Assembly: GCA_965203515.1 (NCBI GenBank)
Contig: OZ241907.1
Location: 288,001 to 352,000, forward strand
Source of the DNA: Spirochaetia bacterium
GTDB taxonomy: Bacteria > Spirochaetota > Spirochaetia > SZUA-6 > Bin103
Direction of reading: 5' to 3'
DNA: 64,000 nucleotides
This document shows positions 8,948-19,333 of this stretch, piece after piece. A model generated the notes under the pieces. That model saw only the letters and a list, made by a program, of their open reading frames with translations, was not told where the DNA came from and did no database searches. The stretch's first letter is position 1, and the number at the start of each line of letters is the position of its first letter. The translations under genes and the position numbers were made by a program.

Positions 8948-11052
8948 GGGGTCTCCGCCGGCGGCGCGTCGCCGTAGAAGCGTGCGCCGGATTCCGCCAT
9001 CCGGCGCAGCCGCTCGGCCGGCGCGAAGCGCTCGCCGTGCCGCTCGCGCAGCGTTTCCAGCGCCGCGACGACCCGGGCCGGACCGTGGTCATCGGCGTGC
9101 GCCAGGATACCGCCGCGGTCGGGCGGGAATCCGGTGCCCAGGACCATCGTCATGTCGAGCGGCATCGGCTCGCTGACGATCCCTTCCTGCAGGCAGCGGC
9201 TCGCCTCGTTGACCATCAGCGCCAGGCAGCGGTGCAGGTCTTCACCGGTCGCCGCGCGCCGCGCGCCGGCCGGCCGCAACGATGCCGCCTGCGGATTGGG
9301 CCCGGCCACGCGGCCGGCGCCGTACCGGTAGAACCCGGCGCCGCTCTTGCGGCCCAGCATCCCGGCCGCGACCAATGCGCGCGCCGGCTCCGGACACCGG
9401 TAGCGGTCGCCGAACGAACGGAGCAGCGAATCGGCGATCTTCACGGTGACGTCGAGGCCGATCTCATCCATGAGCCGGTACGGACCCATCGGCAGGCCGA
9501 AACCGCCGGCCAGCCGGTCGAGCGCCTCCGGGTCCTCGATCTCGGCGGCCAGATGCAACGCTTCCAGCAGGTACGGGAACAGCACGCGGTTGGAGACGAA
9601 CCCCGGCCGGCCGCCGACCACGATCGGCGTCTTGCCCAGGCTGCGCGCCAGCTTTACGGCCGTGGCCAGCACCGCGTCGGCGGTGCCGGCCGTGCCGGCG
9701 ATCTCCACCAGCGGCATGCGGTGGACCGGATTGAAGAAGTGGAGCGCCACGAACCGCTCGGGCCGCAGGAGCACGGACGCCAGGTCGTCGATCGGCAGCG
9801 ACGACGTGTTGGTGGCGATGATGGCGTCGGGGTCGACGTGCGCCTCCAGCTCCCGCAGCGCCCGCTTCTTCAGGTCCGGCTCCTCGGTCACCGCCTCGAT
9901 CGCCAGATCGGCGGCGGCCAGCGGCGCGGCGTCCAGGGTCGCCTCGATGCGGGCGAGCCGTGCCTCCACGTCCGCGGCGGCCATGCGGCCGCGCCGCAGC
10001 GGGTAGTCGTACATGGATCGCGCCGCCTGCAGGCCGCGGTCGAGCCGGTCCTGATCGACGTCGCGCATGACGACCGGCAGGCCGGCGTCGCTGAGCGTCC
10101 AGGCGATGCCAGCGCCCATGGTGCCGGCGCCCAGCACCGCCGGCCGCCGGACCGGCCGAGGCGCCGCCGAGATACCCCACCGTTCCTTGCGCAGCCGGTC
10201 GCGGTGAAAGAACATCCGCATCAGGTTGCGCCCCGCCCGGCTGCGGACCCGGTCCACGAAGGCGGCCCGTTCCAGAGCCAGACCGGCCGCCATCGACGTC
10301 CCGGCGGAGGAGCGCACGACCTGCAGCGCGGCCAGCGGCGCTTCGTCGTGCAGCCGGCCGCCGGCGATGCGCTGCTCTGCCCGGTCGGTCTGCCGCGCGC
10401 TGACCGCCGGCGCCGGCGCGCCCGGATCGGGCCGGTCGGGCGCCGGCGCCGCGGCCAGCAACTCGTCCAGGGCGCGGTCCGCATCGGCGCTCGCCGCGCA
10501 CTTGGTGGCAAGGCCGAGCTCCGCGGCGCGCGGGCCGTCGACCGGCCGGCCGCCGCAGATCATCTCCAGGGCCGGCGCCACGCCGATCAACCGCGGCAGC
10601 CGTTGCGTCCCGCCCCAGCCGGGGATCAGCCCCAGGGTCACCTCCGGCAGGCCCAGCGCGCAACGGCGGTCGTCGGAGACCAGCCGGTAGGTGGTGGCAA
10701 GGGCGAACTCCAGCCCGCCACCCAGACAGGCGCCGTCGATCACGCTGACGGTCGGCGTCCGCAGCGCCTCCAGTCGGCTGAACAGACGCTGCCCGCGGGC
10801 GATGAAGGCGTCCGCCGCCTCCGGCCGGACGAGCGTGCGGAGCTCGTTGATGTCGGCGCCGGCGATGAAGCAGCCCGGCTTGGCGCTGCGGAACACCACC
10901 GTGCGAATCGCAAGGTCGGCCTCGATGTCGTCGAGCAGGCGTTCCAGCTCGTCGAACACCGGGGTGGAGAACGTGTTCACCCTGGAGCCCGGCTGGTCGA
11001 AGAGCACCTCCAGCCGCCCGCCGGGGCGCCGTTGCGCGGTGATGGTCGCCAT
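8944..11052 (-). CDS. fadJ: Multifunctional enoyl-CoA hydratase / 3-hydroxyacyl-CoA dehydrogenase (FadJ/FadB family)
   Basis: FIAGADI, GGGLE.ALA, LGLPEV.LG..PG.GGTQRLPRL, GAGTMG.GIA, ATNTSSL, HFFNPV.RMPLVE, GRKSG.GFY. Confidence 0.9.
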   Translation of the reverse strand: MATITAQRRPGGRLEVLFDQPGSRVNTFSTPVFDELERLLDDIEADLAIRTVVFRSAKPGCFIAGADINELRTLVRPEAADAFIARGQRLFSRLEALRTPTVSVIDGACLGGGLEFALATTYRLVSDDRRCALGLPEVTLGLIPGWGGTQRLPRLIGVAPALEMICGGRPVDGPRAAELGLATKCAASADADRALDELLAAAPAPDRPDPGAPAPAVSARQTDRAEQRIAGGRLHDEAPLAALQVVRSSAGTSMAAGLALERAAFVDRVRSRAGRNLMRMFFHRDRLRKERWGISAAPRPVRRPAVLGAGTMGAGIAWTLSDAGLPVVMRDVDQDRLDRGLQAARSMYDYPLRRGRMAAADVEARLARIEATLDAAPLAAADLAIEAVTEEPDLKKRALRELEAHVDPDAIIATNTSSLPIDDLASVLLRPERFVALHFFNPVHRMPLVEIAGTAGTADAVLATAVKLARSLGKTPIVVGGRPGFVSNRVLFPYLLEALHLAAEIEDPEALDRLAGGFGLPMGPYRLMDEIGLDVTVKIADSLLRSFGDRYRCPEPARALVAAGMLGRKSGAGFYRYGAGRVAGPNPQAASLRPAGARRAATGEDLHRCLALMVNEASRCLQEGIVSEPMPLDMTMVLGTGFPPDRGGILAHADDHGPARVVAALETLRERHGERFAPAERLRRMAESGARFYGDAPPAETP

Positions 11053-11135
11053 GGCCGGAAGACAATATAGCAGGATGCGGGCCGGCTCCTTGACAGCCGG
11101 CGGCGGCGGCGCCAGTGTCGCCGTCCGTGGCGCGG

Positions 11136-12098
11136 ATGACGTTTGCGCAATCGATCAACGCCGGCCTCCGGGAGGAGCTGCGGCGGGACGCGGACGTGGT
11201 GGTGATGGGCGAAGACGTCGGCCACTACGGCGGCGTGTTCGGCGTGACCCGCGGGCTGCAGGAGGAGTTCGGCGCCGAGCGCGTGCGCGACGCGCCGTTG
11301 TGCGAGGCGGCGATCGTCGGCTTCTGCGTCGGACTGGCGGTCGCCGGCAAGCCGGCGGTCGCGGAGCTGGAGTTCATGGACTTCGTCACCTTCGCCATGG
11401 ACCCGATCGTCAATCAGGCGGCCAAGCTGCGCTATTTCTGGGGCGGACAGGTGACGGTGCCGCTGGTGGTGCGCGCCCCCGTGGCCGCCAACCTGGGCTT
11501 CGGCAGCCAGCACTCGCAGAGCCTGGAGGCGTGGTTCATGCACGTGCCCGGCCTGCGCATCGCCATGCCTTCCAACGGCTATGACGCCAAGGGCCTGATC
11601 AAGACCGCGATCCGCGACCCCAACCCGGTCCTGTTCATAGAGAACATCAGCCTCTACCCCAACCGCGTCGAGATACCGGACCAGGAGTACCTGATCCCCT
11701 TCGGACAGGCGCGCGTGGTCCGCGCCGGCAGCGACGTCACGGTGGTGGCGCTCGCGTCGATGGTGCCCTGCGCGGTGGAGGCGGCCGACGCCCTGGCGGC
11801 CGACGGCGTCAGCGTGGAGGTGATCGACCCGCGCACGCTGGCGCCGCTCGACGTGGCCACGATCGTGGAGTCGGTCAAGAAGACCGGCCGCGTGGTGATC
11901 GCGCACGTGGCGCACAAGACCGCCGGCCCCGGCGCGGAGATCGCGCAGCGGATCACGGAGCTGGCGTTCGATCATCTGGAAGCTCCGGCGCGCCGGGTCG
12001 CGGCGCTGGACAACCCGGTGCCGGCCAGCCTGCCGCTGGAGAAGCATCTGTTTCCGGGAACCGACCAGGTGGTGGAGGCATGCCGTGCCCTCGGCTGA
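11136..12098 (+). CDS. 2-oxoacid/acetoin dehydrogenase E1 beta subunit
   Basis: MGEDVG.YGGVF.VT.GL, RVRDAPL.E, QHSQSLE, DAKGL, EVIDPRTL.PLD; start could be 11115 or 11136. Confidence 0.93.
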   Translation: MTFAQSINAGLREELRRDADVVVMGEDVGHYGGVFGVTRGLQEEFGAERVRDAPLCEAAIVGFCVGLAVAGKPAVAELEFMDFVTFAMDPIVNQAAKLRYFWGGQVTVPLVVRAPVAANLGFGSQHSQSLEAWFMHVPGLRIAMPSNGYDAKGLIKTAIRDPNPVLFIENISLYPNRVEIPDQEYLIPFGQARVVRAGSDVTVVALASMVPCAVEAADALAADGVSVEVIDPRTLAPLDVATIVESVKKTGRVVIAHVAHKTAGPGAEIAQRITELAFDHLEAPARRVAALDNPVPASLPLEKHLFPGTDQVVEACRALG

Positions 12099-13050
12099 GC
12101 CGCGGCAGGAGCAGCCGCGCGCGGAGGTGCTGCGGCGGATGTGGCTGATCCGGCACTTCGAGGAGGCGGCGGTCCGCCTGTACGGCGAAGGCCGCTACCG
12201 GGGCTCGACCCATCCGTACATCGCCCAGGAAGCGACCGCGCTGGCGGTGTGCGCGGCGTTGCGCCCGACCGATACGGTGCTGGCCACCTACCGCGGCCAC
12301 GGCGCCGCGATCGCCGCCGGCTGCGACGTGACCGCCATGATGGCGGAGCTGTTGGGCAAGGAGAGCGGCCTGTGCAAAGGCAAGGGCGGCTCCATGCACT
12401 TCAGCCACGTCGGTGACCGCCTGTTCGGCTGCAACGCCATCGTCTCCGGACAGATCCCGATGGCCGGCGGCATCGCCCTGGCTACCCGCATCGACGGCGG
12501 CGACGCGGTCACGGTCGCGTTCTTCGGGGACGGGGCCTCCTGCGAGGGGGTGTTCTACGAGACCCTGAACATGGCCGCGCTCTGGAAGCTGCCGCTGGTC
12601 CTGGTCTGCGAGAACAACGAGTACGCGATCTCCACCCACTACACGCAGGCGGTGAGCGTGGCGCGCATCTCCGACCGGGCCAAGGGATTCGGGCTGCCGG
12701 GGGTCCACGTGGACGGCTGCGACTACGACGCCGTGCGCGCCGCGGCGGAGCAGGCGGTCGAGCGCGCGCGGGCCGGCGACGGGCCCACGCTGATCGAAGC
12801 CAAGACGGTCCGCTGGACCCGGCACAGCGCCGTGGCCGCGGGCGGTTCGAGCGAGGGCGCCGAGCAGTGGCGGGAGACCGATCCGATCCCGCGCTTCACG
12901 GCACTGGCGATCGCCGAGGGGGCGTTGGATGAAGCGGCGGCCGAGCGCATCCGCGGCGCGGCGCAGGCGGAGGTCGAGCGCGCCGTGGCGGCGGCGATCG
13001 CGGCCCCCTATCCGCCGCTTTCGGCGTTGACCGCCGACGTGTTTGCCTGA
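12085..13050 (+). CDS. 2-oxoacid/acetoin dehydrogenase E1 alpha subunit (ThDP-dependent)
   Basis: IRHFEE, TYRGHG, KGKGGSMH, ThDP motif FFGDGA...ENN.Y, GPTLIEAKT. Confidence 0.93.
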   Translation: MPSAEPRQEQPRAEVLRRMWLIRHFEEAAVRLYGEGRYRGSTHPYIAQEATALAVCAALRPTDTVLATYRGHGAAIAAGCDVTAMMAELLGKESGLCKGKGGSMHFSHVGDRLFGCNAIVSGQIPMAGGIALATRIDGGDAVTVAFFGDGASCEGVFYETLNMAALWKLPLVLVCENNEYAISTHYTQAVSVARISDRAKGFGLPGVHVDGCDYDAVRAAAEQAVERARAGDGPTLIEAKTVRWTRHSAVAAGGSSEGAEQWRETDPIPRFTALAIAEGALDEAAAERIRGAAQAEVERAVAAAIAAPYPPLSALTADVFA

Positions 13051-13059
13051 GAAACGCGC

Positions 13060-13572
13060 ATGGTAGAGGCAGTCATCCCCAAGCTGGACGAAACGACCGA
13101 GGTCGCCACCGTCGAGCGCTGGCTGGTGCGGGAGGGCGAGCGGGTCGAGCAGGGGCAGGCGATCTGCGAGGTGGAGACCGACAAGGCGCTGGTCCAGGTG
13201 GAGGCTCCGGCCGCAGGCACCCTGCGGCGTCAGCTGATAGCGGCCGGGACCGAGGTGCCGCCGCTGACCGTCGTGGCGCTGGTGGGCGATCCGGGCGAGC
13301 CGGTCCCGGCGGTCGACCCGTTCGGCCGCGCGCGCGGCGGCGCGCAGTCCGCGGCGCCGAACGCGGGCGCGGAGGCCGCCGCATCGACGACCCCGGCGCC
13401 GCCAACCCCGGCGCCGCCAACCCAGGCGCCGACGGCCTCGGCCGGATCGGCCGCCTCGCCGCGGGCCAGGCGGCTTGCCGCGGAACTGGGCGTCGACCTG
13501 GGGACCGTCACCGGCACCGGGCCGGGCGGCAAGATCACCGATCGCGACGTGCAGCGGGCGGCCGGCTCGTGA
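13060..13572 (+). CDS. Lipoyl domain + Ala/Pro linker + peripheral-subunit-binding domain (E2-like, no acyltransferase core)
   Basis: EVETDKA lipoyl-lysine motif; ASPRARRLA.ELGVDL..V.GTGPGG.IT..DV; stop immediately after, overlapping the next start. Confidence 0.9.
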   Translation: MVEAVIPKLDETTEVATVERWLVREGERVEQGQAICEVETDKALVQVEAPAAGTLRRQLIAAGTEVPPLTVVALVGDPGEPVPAVDPFGRARGGAQSAAPNAGAEAAASTTPAPPTPAPPTQAPTASAGSAASPRARRLAAELGVDLGTVTGTGPGGKITDRDVQRAAGS

Positions 13573-13925
13573 GCGGGACGAACGCGCCGGTCTTCTTCGA
13601 CGCGGCCGCGATCGAATGGCAGGCGCACCCGCTGTTCCCGCAGATCGACATCAAGGACCTGCAGCCCGGCGCCGCCCATCCGGCCGGCGCGTTCAGCCTG
13701 ATGCGCGTCAAGGTGGCGGCCGGCGGCCGCATCGACCCGCACGTCCATCCCGTGGAGACCGAGACCGCCTGCGTGCTGCGCGGCTCGGCGCGGCTGCTCT
13801 GCGCGGGCGTTGCGACCGAACTGCGCGCGGGCGGCGGCGTCTCCATCCCGCCCGGTCTGGAACACTCGCTGGAAGCCGACTCGGAAGTGGAGCTGCTCGC
13901 CATCCATACCCCGCCGCTGCGCTGA
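13569..13925 (+). CDS. Cupin domain protein
   Basis: HVHP.ETE...VL.G and IPPG.EH cupin motifs; GTGA overlap. Confidence 0.85.
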   Translation: MSGTNAPVFFDAAAIEWQAHPLFPQIDIKDLQPGAAHPAGAFSLMRVKVAAGGRIDPHVHPVETETACVLRGSARLLCAGVATELRAGGGVSIPPGLEHSLEADSEVELLAIHTPPLR

Positions 13926-13939
13926 GCGCGCGCCGTCCG

Positions 13940-14010
13940 GCGGCACGGTCGCCGGGGCGGCACGGTCGCCGGTCCGCGGCACGGTCGCCGGTCCGCGGCA
14001 TTGATCGCCG
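13940..14010. repeat. Intergenic direct repeat: 3 exact copies of gcggcacggtcgccgg plus one degenerate copy
   Basis: Copies at 13940, 13957 and 13976; degenerate gcggcattgatcgccg at 13995. Confidence 0.85.
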
Positions 14011-14020
14011 ATCGGGTGGG

Positions 14021-14893
14021 ATGCGCGCCGGCGCGACGTGGGGTACACTCACCGGCATCGAACTCAAGCTGGCCGGAGCTGACTTCACGTTCCCCCTGTT
14101 GTCGCATGACGATTCGCTCACGCTGATCGCCATGCTGGGGCTGACCGGGGTCGACGTCGGTCTGTTCGAGGGCCGTTCCCATCTCTACCCCAGCCGCGTG
14201 CTGGCCGATGCCCGGGCGTCGTCGGCCGACTTGTCGGCCCGCGTGACCGACAAGGGACTGGCCATCGCCGACATCTTCCTGCAGACCGCCGGCTTCGACG
14301 TCATGACGGTCAACCACCCCGACGCGGCCGAACGGCGCGGCTCGCGCGAGCTGTTCGAGCGCACGCTGGAGTTCACGCAGCTCTGCGGCAGCGGCCACAT
14401 GACGATCCTGCCGGGCATCGAGTTCGATGGCGAAGCGGGCGAAACGTCGCTGGCGCGCGCCGCCGAGGAGCTGGCGTGGCGGCTCGAACGGGCGGCCGGC
14501 ACCGGGGTAACCGTCAGCGTCGAGGCGCACGTCGGCTCGATCGTCCCCGATCCCGGCGCAGCGCTCCGGCTGGTCGAGATGACGCCGGGGCTGACCCTCA
14601 CCCTCGACTACACCCACTTCACCCGCGACGGACTCCCCGACCGCGAGGCGGAGCGGCTGGTCCCGCACGCGTCCCACTTCCACGCCCGCGGCGCCGCGCG
14701 CGGCCGGCTGCAGGTCAAGTTCACGGAAAACGTCATCGACTACGCGCGCGTGCTGCGCGCGCTGGACGCCGCCGACTACCGGGGCTGGGTCGGCGTCGAA
14801 TACGTCTGGCAGGAATGGGAGCGCAACAATGAGGTCGACAACGTTTCGGAGACGATCCTGATGCGCGACTTCCTGCTGGCCAACGCTCCCTGA
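14021..14893 (+). CDS. Sugar phosphate isomerase/epimerase (xylose isomerase-like TIM barrel)
   Basis: VEAH.G, LTLDYTH, HFHAR, Y.GWVGVEY metal-binding pattern; start uncertain. Confidence 0.8.
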   Translation: MRAGATWGTLTGIELKLAGADFTFPLLSHDDSLTLIAMLGLTGVDVGLFEGRSHLYPSRVLADARASSADLSARVTDKGLAIADIFLQTAGFDVMTVNHPDAAERRGSRELFERTLEFTQLCGSGHMTILPGIEFDGEAGETSLARAAEELAWRLERAAGTGVTVSVEAHVGSIVPDPGAALRLVEMTPGLTLTLDYTHFTRDGLPDREAERLVPHASHFHARGAARGRLQVKFTENVIDYARVLRALDAADYRGWVGVEYVWQEWERNNEVDNVSETILMRDFLLANAP

Positions 14894-14901
14894 AGCAAGC
14901 C

Positions 14902-15651
14902 ATGCGCGTCGACGGTCGGGTCGCGATCGTAACCGGCGCGGCGCGGGGCATCGGCGCCGCGATCGCCGAGACGCTGGCCGGCGCCGGGGCCGCGGTGGTG
15001 GTCAGCGATCTCGACGTCGAGCTTGGCGAGGCGCAGGCGTCCCGCATACGCGACGCCGGCAGCCGCGCGGACGCGATCGCCGCCGACGTGAGCAGGCCGG
15101 CCGAGTGCGACCGTCTGGCCGCCGAGACCGAACGGCGCCACGGCGCGATCCACATCCTGGTCAACTGCGCCGCCGTCTGCCCGCGCATCGACATACCCGA
15201 CATGACCGAGTCCGACTACGACCGCATCATGGACACCAACCTCAAGTCGGTCTACTTCCTGAGCCGGGCCGCCGGCCGGGCGATGCGGCGCGCCGGCTGG
15301 GGCCGCATCGTCAACATGACATCGGTGGGCGCGCGCACCGGCGGCATGCACCGCGTTACCGTCTACGCGGCCAGCAAGGCGGCCATCATCTCCATGACCA
15401 AGGGGTTCGCCCGCCACCACGCCGCCGACGGCATCCTGGTCAACGCGGTCGCGCCCGGGGCCGTGGACACCCGGCTGATCCGCATGCTGCCGCCGGAAGA
15501 CCGGCAGGCCACCATCGACGCGATCCCCTTGAAGCGGCTCGCCGAGGCCCGGGAGATAGCGCGCGCGGTACTGTTTCTGGCCTCGGAGGAGAATACCTAC
15601 ATTACCGGAGCCACCACCGACGTCAACGGCGGCTCCTTCATGCCGGACTGA
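14902..15651 (+). CDS. Short-chain dehydrogenase/reductase (FabG-like)
   Basis: TGAARGIG, LVNCA, YAASK, VNAVAPG, YITG....VNGG. Confidence 0.93.
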   Translation: MRVDGRVAIVTGAARGIGAAIAETLAGAGAAVVVSDLDVELGEAQASRIRDAGSRADAIAADVSRPAECDRLAAETERRHGAIHILVNCAAVCPRIDIPDMTESDYDRIMDTNLKSVYFLSRAAGRAMRRAGWGRIVNMTSVGARTGGMHRVTVYAASKAAIISMTKGFARHHAADGILVNAVAPGAVDTRLIRMLPPEDRQATIDAIPLKRLAEAREIARAVLFLASEENTYITGATTDVNGGSFMPD

Positions 15652-15702
15652 CCGGCGCCGAATCCGGGTGGCGCGGACGTGCGGCGCGGGATAGAAGGTG
15701 GG

Positions 15703-16839
15703 ATGAAGATGAAGATCGTCGACGTGCGCGCCTATCCGCAACGCTACCGGGAGCCGAACGATCGCATGATGTGGCGCCACGTCACGCTGGCGCGCGTCAC
15801 CACCGACAGCGGTCACGTCGGCTGGGGCGAGTGCATCTCGCAGTGGCCGGAGGCCGCGCTGGCGGTCAAGGTGCTGATCGAGCAGGGACTGGGCCGCGTG
15901 CTGTTGGGCGCCAACCCGCTCGACAACGGCGCGCTGTTCGCGGCCATGAAGGCGCACGACTGGTGGTATGGCGATACCGGCATGGCCAACTTCGCGGTCA
16001 GCGCTCTCGACGTCGCCCTCTGGGACCTCAAGGGCAAGATCCTGGGGCAGCCGGTGCATCGCCTGCTCGGCGGCAAGATGCACGACCGCCTGCGCGCCTG
16101 CGCCAGCACCCACCCCTCGAAGGCCGACCTGCAGGACCTGGCGGACGAGCTGGCCGCGCACGCCGACGACGGCTACACGGCGGTGAAGGTCGGCTTCGGC
16201 AAGGCCGGAGAGGCCGCGCTCGGCGTCGACCCCACGCGCGACGTCGCCTACGTGCGCACCGTCCGGCGGACGATCGGGGAGGACGTCGACTTCATCGTCG
16301 ACGTCGGCCACAAGACCCGCTGGGACTACGCCGGCGGCGTGCGCATGGCGCGCGCGTTCGAGGAATATCGTCTGCGCTGGCTGGAGGACCCGTTCCAGCC
16401 CACCGACGTCGCCGCCTACCGCCACCTGCGGGAGGCGATTCAGACCCAGATCGGGGCCGGCGAGCGCTCCTGGCAGGCGTCCGACTACCGGCGGCTGATC
16501 GATCTGGGCGTCGCCGACGTCTATCTGGTCGATCCGGGGCGCGCCGACGGCATTACCGGATACAAGCAGGTGATCGACCTCACCGCGCAGGCGCACCTGT
16601 TCTTCAACGCCCATTCGTGGAGCAGCGCCATCAATACCGCTGCGGCGATCCATGCGACCGCGACCGGGGCCAACTACATCGTATTCGAGCTCAAGCCGGT
16701 GCCGAGCCCGATGCAGCACGAGCTGGTGCGGGAGCCGTTCGAGCAGCGCGACGGTTGGGTGACCGTGCCGGACGTCCCCGGTCTGGGCGTGGAAATCGAC
16801 GAGGCGGTGGTGGAACGGTATGGGTTCACGTCGGTCTAG
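15703..16839 (+). CDS. Mandelate racemase/muconate lactonizing enzyme family (acid-sugar dehydratase-like)
   Basis: G.VGWGE, SALDVALWDLKGK..GQPV..LLGG, WLEDP, GAGE, PGLGVEIDE. Confidence 0.92.
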   Translation: MKMKIVDVRAYPQRYREPNDRMMWRHVTLARVTTDSGHVGWGECISQWPEAALAVKVLIEQGLGRVLLGANPLDNGALFAAMKAHDWWYGDTGMANFAVSALDVALWDLKGKILGQPVHRLLGGKMHDRLRACASTHPSKADLQDLADELAAHADDGYTAVKVGFGKAGEAALGVDPTRDVAYVRTVRRTIGEDVDFIVDVGHKTRWDYAGGVRMARAFEEYRLRWLEDPFQPTDVAAYRHLREAIQTQIGAGERSWQASDYRRLIDLGVADVYLVDPGRADGITGYKQVIDLTAQAHLFFNAHSWSSAINTAAAIHATATGANYIVFELKPVPSPMQHELVREPFEQRDGWVTVPDVPGLGVEIDEAVVERYGFTSV

Positions 16840-16851
16840 GCGCCGGCCCGC

Positions 16852-18093
16852 GTGCGGCGCGAGCCCGGACCGGTGAGCGCGAGCGCAGGGTCCGGCCGGC
16901 GCGCGAAGGCGTCGGCGATCGACCGGCTCGGCACCGAGACGGCGTTCGCGGTTTCGGCCGACGCGGCGCGGTGGGCGGCGCAGGGCCACCGCGTCTATCC
17001 GTTTCACCTGGGCGACATCGATCTCCGCACTCCCGAAAACGTCATCGCAGCGGCCGAACGGGCCATGCGCGACGGCAGGACCGGCTACACGCCCGCACCC
17101 GGCATCCCGGAGTTGCGCGAGGCGATCGCCCAGGAGGTCGGGGCGGCGCGCGGCGTGAGCTACGGACCGGAGCACGTCTCGGTGCAACCGGGGGCCAAGC
17201 CGGTCATCGGCAAGCTGCTCATGAGCGTCATGGACCCGGGCGACGGGGTGGCGTACCCCAATCCCGGCTATCCGATCTACGAGTCGCAGGTCGACTATCT
17301 GGGCGGTCGGGGCCGCCCGTACGGCTACGTCGAAGGGGATGACGGCTTTCGCATCGACCGTGAGTCGCTCGAAGCGGCGCTTGGCGACGCGGCGCGCGTG
17401 CTGATCGTCAACGGCCAGCACAATCCCACCGGCGCCGACGCCGCCGCGGAAGAGATCGCGTGGTTGGCGCGGATCGCCCGTGAACGCGACCTGTGGGTGC
17501 TGGCCGACGAGCCGTATTTCGACATCCGCTACGGTGGCGGCAGCCGCAGTCTGGCGTCCGAACCGGAGATGGCCGAGCGCACCGTGATCGGCTATACGTT
17601 CTCCAAGAAGTACGCCATGACCGGCTGGCGGCTGGGCGCCGCGATCGGCCCCGCCCCCGTCATCGACCTGATCACCCGGCTCAACACCAACCACGAGTCG
17701 TGCACCTGCGGGTTCATCCAGCACGCCGGCGTGGAGGCGTTGCGGGGCGATCAGTCCGGCGCCCGGGACATCCTTGCCGTGCTGCGCCGGCGCCGCGACG
17801 TGGTGGTCGACGGCCTCAACGCGATCGACGGCGTCCGCGTCCATCGCGCCACCGCCACCTTCTACCTGTTCGTCGACGTCACCGGCGTCTATCGACGGCT
17901 CGGCTACGACGACCCGCAGGCATTTCGCACCGACGCGCTCCGCGAAACCGGGGTGTCGTTCTGCTCGCGCACCCACTTCGGGCGTGCGCTGCCCGGCGAG
18001 CGGCGGGTGTACGTGCGCTTCGCCTACTCCGGCATCGACGCGGCCGACGCCGAGCAGGGACTGGCGGCGCTCAAGGCGTACTGGGAGCGCTAG
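16852..18093 (+). CDS. PLP-dependent aminotransferase class I/II
   Basis: GY....GIPELREAIA, NPGYPIY, HNPTG, DEPY, FSKKYAMTGWRLG; start could be 16873. Confidence 0.93.
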   Translation: MRREPGPVSASAGSGRRAKASAIDRLGTETAFAVSADAARWAAQGHRVYPFHLGDIDLRTPENVIAAAERAMRDGRTGYTPAPGIPELREAIAQEVGAARGVSYGPEHVSVQPGAKPVIGKLLMSVMDPGDGVAYPNPGYPIYESQVDYLGGRGRPYGYVEGDDGFRIDRESLEAALGDAARVLIVNGQHNPTGADAAAEEIAWLARIARERDLWVLADEPYFDIRYGGGSRSLASEPEMAERTVIGYTFSKKYAMTGWRLGAAIGPAPVIDLITRLNTNHESCTCGFIQHAGVEALRGDQSGARDILAVLRRRRDVVVDGLNAIDGVRVHRATATFYLFVDVTGVYRRLGYDDPQAFRTDALRETGVSFCSRTHFGRALPGERRVYVRFAYSGIDAADAEQGLAALKAYWER

Positions 18094-18124
18094 GCCAAGC
18101 CAGGAGGACCGGCCGGCGTGCGCC

Positions 18125-19327
18125 TTATGTGATGATCCCGCGCCGCCGGCCCACGCGCGTGAACGCTTCGATCGCCCGGTCCAGATGCTCGCGCCGGTGC
18201 GCGGCCGAGATCTGCACGCGGATGCGGGCCTGCCCCTGCGGTACGACCGGATAGGAGAAGCCGATCACGTAGATCCCCTCGGCCAGCAGGTCGGCGGCCA
18301 TCGCCTGCGCCAGGTGCGCTTCGTACAGCATGATCGGCACGATCGGATGGACGCCCGGCGTGATGGCGAAGCCGGCGGCGGTCATGGCGGTCCGAAAGTA
18401 CGCGGTGTTCTCCGCCAGTCGATCGCGCAGCTCCGTGGTCTCGTCCAGGCGTTCCAGCACCGCCAGGCCGGCCGCCGCCAGGGCCGGAGCGAGCGAGTTG
18501 CTGAACAGGTACGGCCGTGAACGCTGCCGCAGCAGCTCCACGATCGGCGCGCGCGCCGCGGTGAACCCGCCGGAGGCGCCGCCGAGCGCCTTGCCGAGCG
18601 TGCTGGTGATGATGTCGATCTCGCCATGCACGCCGCAGTGCTCCGGCGACCCGCGGCCGGTGGCGCCGATGAAGCCGGTGGCGTGCGAGTCGTCGACCAT
18701 GACCAGCGCATCGTGCTCGCGCGCCAGCGGCACGATGCGATCGAGCGGGGCGATGTCGCCGTCCATGGAGAACACGCCGTCGGTAGCGATCAGCCGCAGC
18801 CGCGCTCCGGCGGCCTCCTGCAGCTTCGCTCTCAGGTCATCCACGTCGGCGTGCGCGTAGCGGTAGCGCGCCGCCTTGCACAGACGGATGCCGTCGATGA
18901 TCGATGCATGGTTGAGCGCGTCGGAGAGCACGGCGTCGCCGTCCTGCAGGAGCGTCTCGAACAGGCCGCCGTTGGCGTCGAAGCAGGAGGTGTAGAGGAT
19001 GGCGTCGCCGGTGCCCAGAAAGCGCGCCAGCGATCGCTCCAGCCGCTTGTGCAGGTCCTGCGTGCCGCAGATGAAGCGCACGGACGACAGCCCAAAGCCG
19101 TGCGTGCGTAGCGCCGCCGCCGCCGCGTCGATCACCGCCGGATCGCTCGACAGTCCCAGGTAGTTGTTGGCGCAGAAGTTGAGAACCTCCCGGTCCGCTC
19201 CCGCGGCGCCTGATTCGACCCGGATCGCCACCCCTTGCGGCGAGCTGATGACCCGCTCGTCCTTGTACAGGCCGGCGTCCCGGAGCTGTTCCAGCGCCGG
19301 CTGAATCACGTTGTCCAGGGTTGCCAT
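18125..19327 (-). CDS. kbl: Glycine C-acetyltransferase (2-amino-3-ketobutyrate CoA ligase)
   Basis: [67 protein letters not shown]; adjacent to tdh. Confidence 0.97.
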   Translation of the reverse strand: MATLDNVIQPALEQLRDAGLYKDERVISSPQGVAIRVESGAAGADREVLNFCANNYLGLSSDPAVIDAAAAALRTHGFGLSSVRFICGTQDLHKRLERSLARFLGTGDAILYTSCFDANGGLFETLLQDGDAVLSDALNHASIIDGIRLCKAARYRYAHADVDDLRAKLQEAAGARLRLIATDGVFSMDGDIAPLDRIVPLAREHDALVMVDDSHATGFIGATGRGSPEHCGVHGEIDIITSTLGKALGGASGGFTAARAPIVELLRQRSRPYLFSNSLAPALAAAGLAVLERLDETTELRDRLAENTAYFRTAMTAAGFAITPGVHPIVPIMLYEAHLAQAMAADLLAEGIYVIGFSYPVVPQGQARIRVQISAAHRREHLDRAIEAFTRVGRRRGIIT

Positions 19328-19333
19328 GGGCCG

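Noticed and set aside
13940..14010. Mini CRISPR array
   Set aside because: Spacers of 1-3 nt, repeat too short, no cas genes
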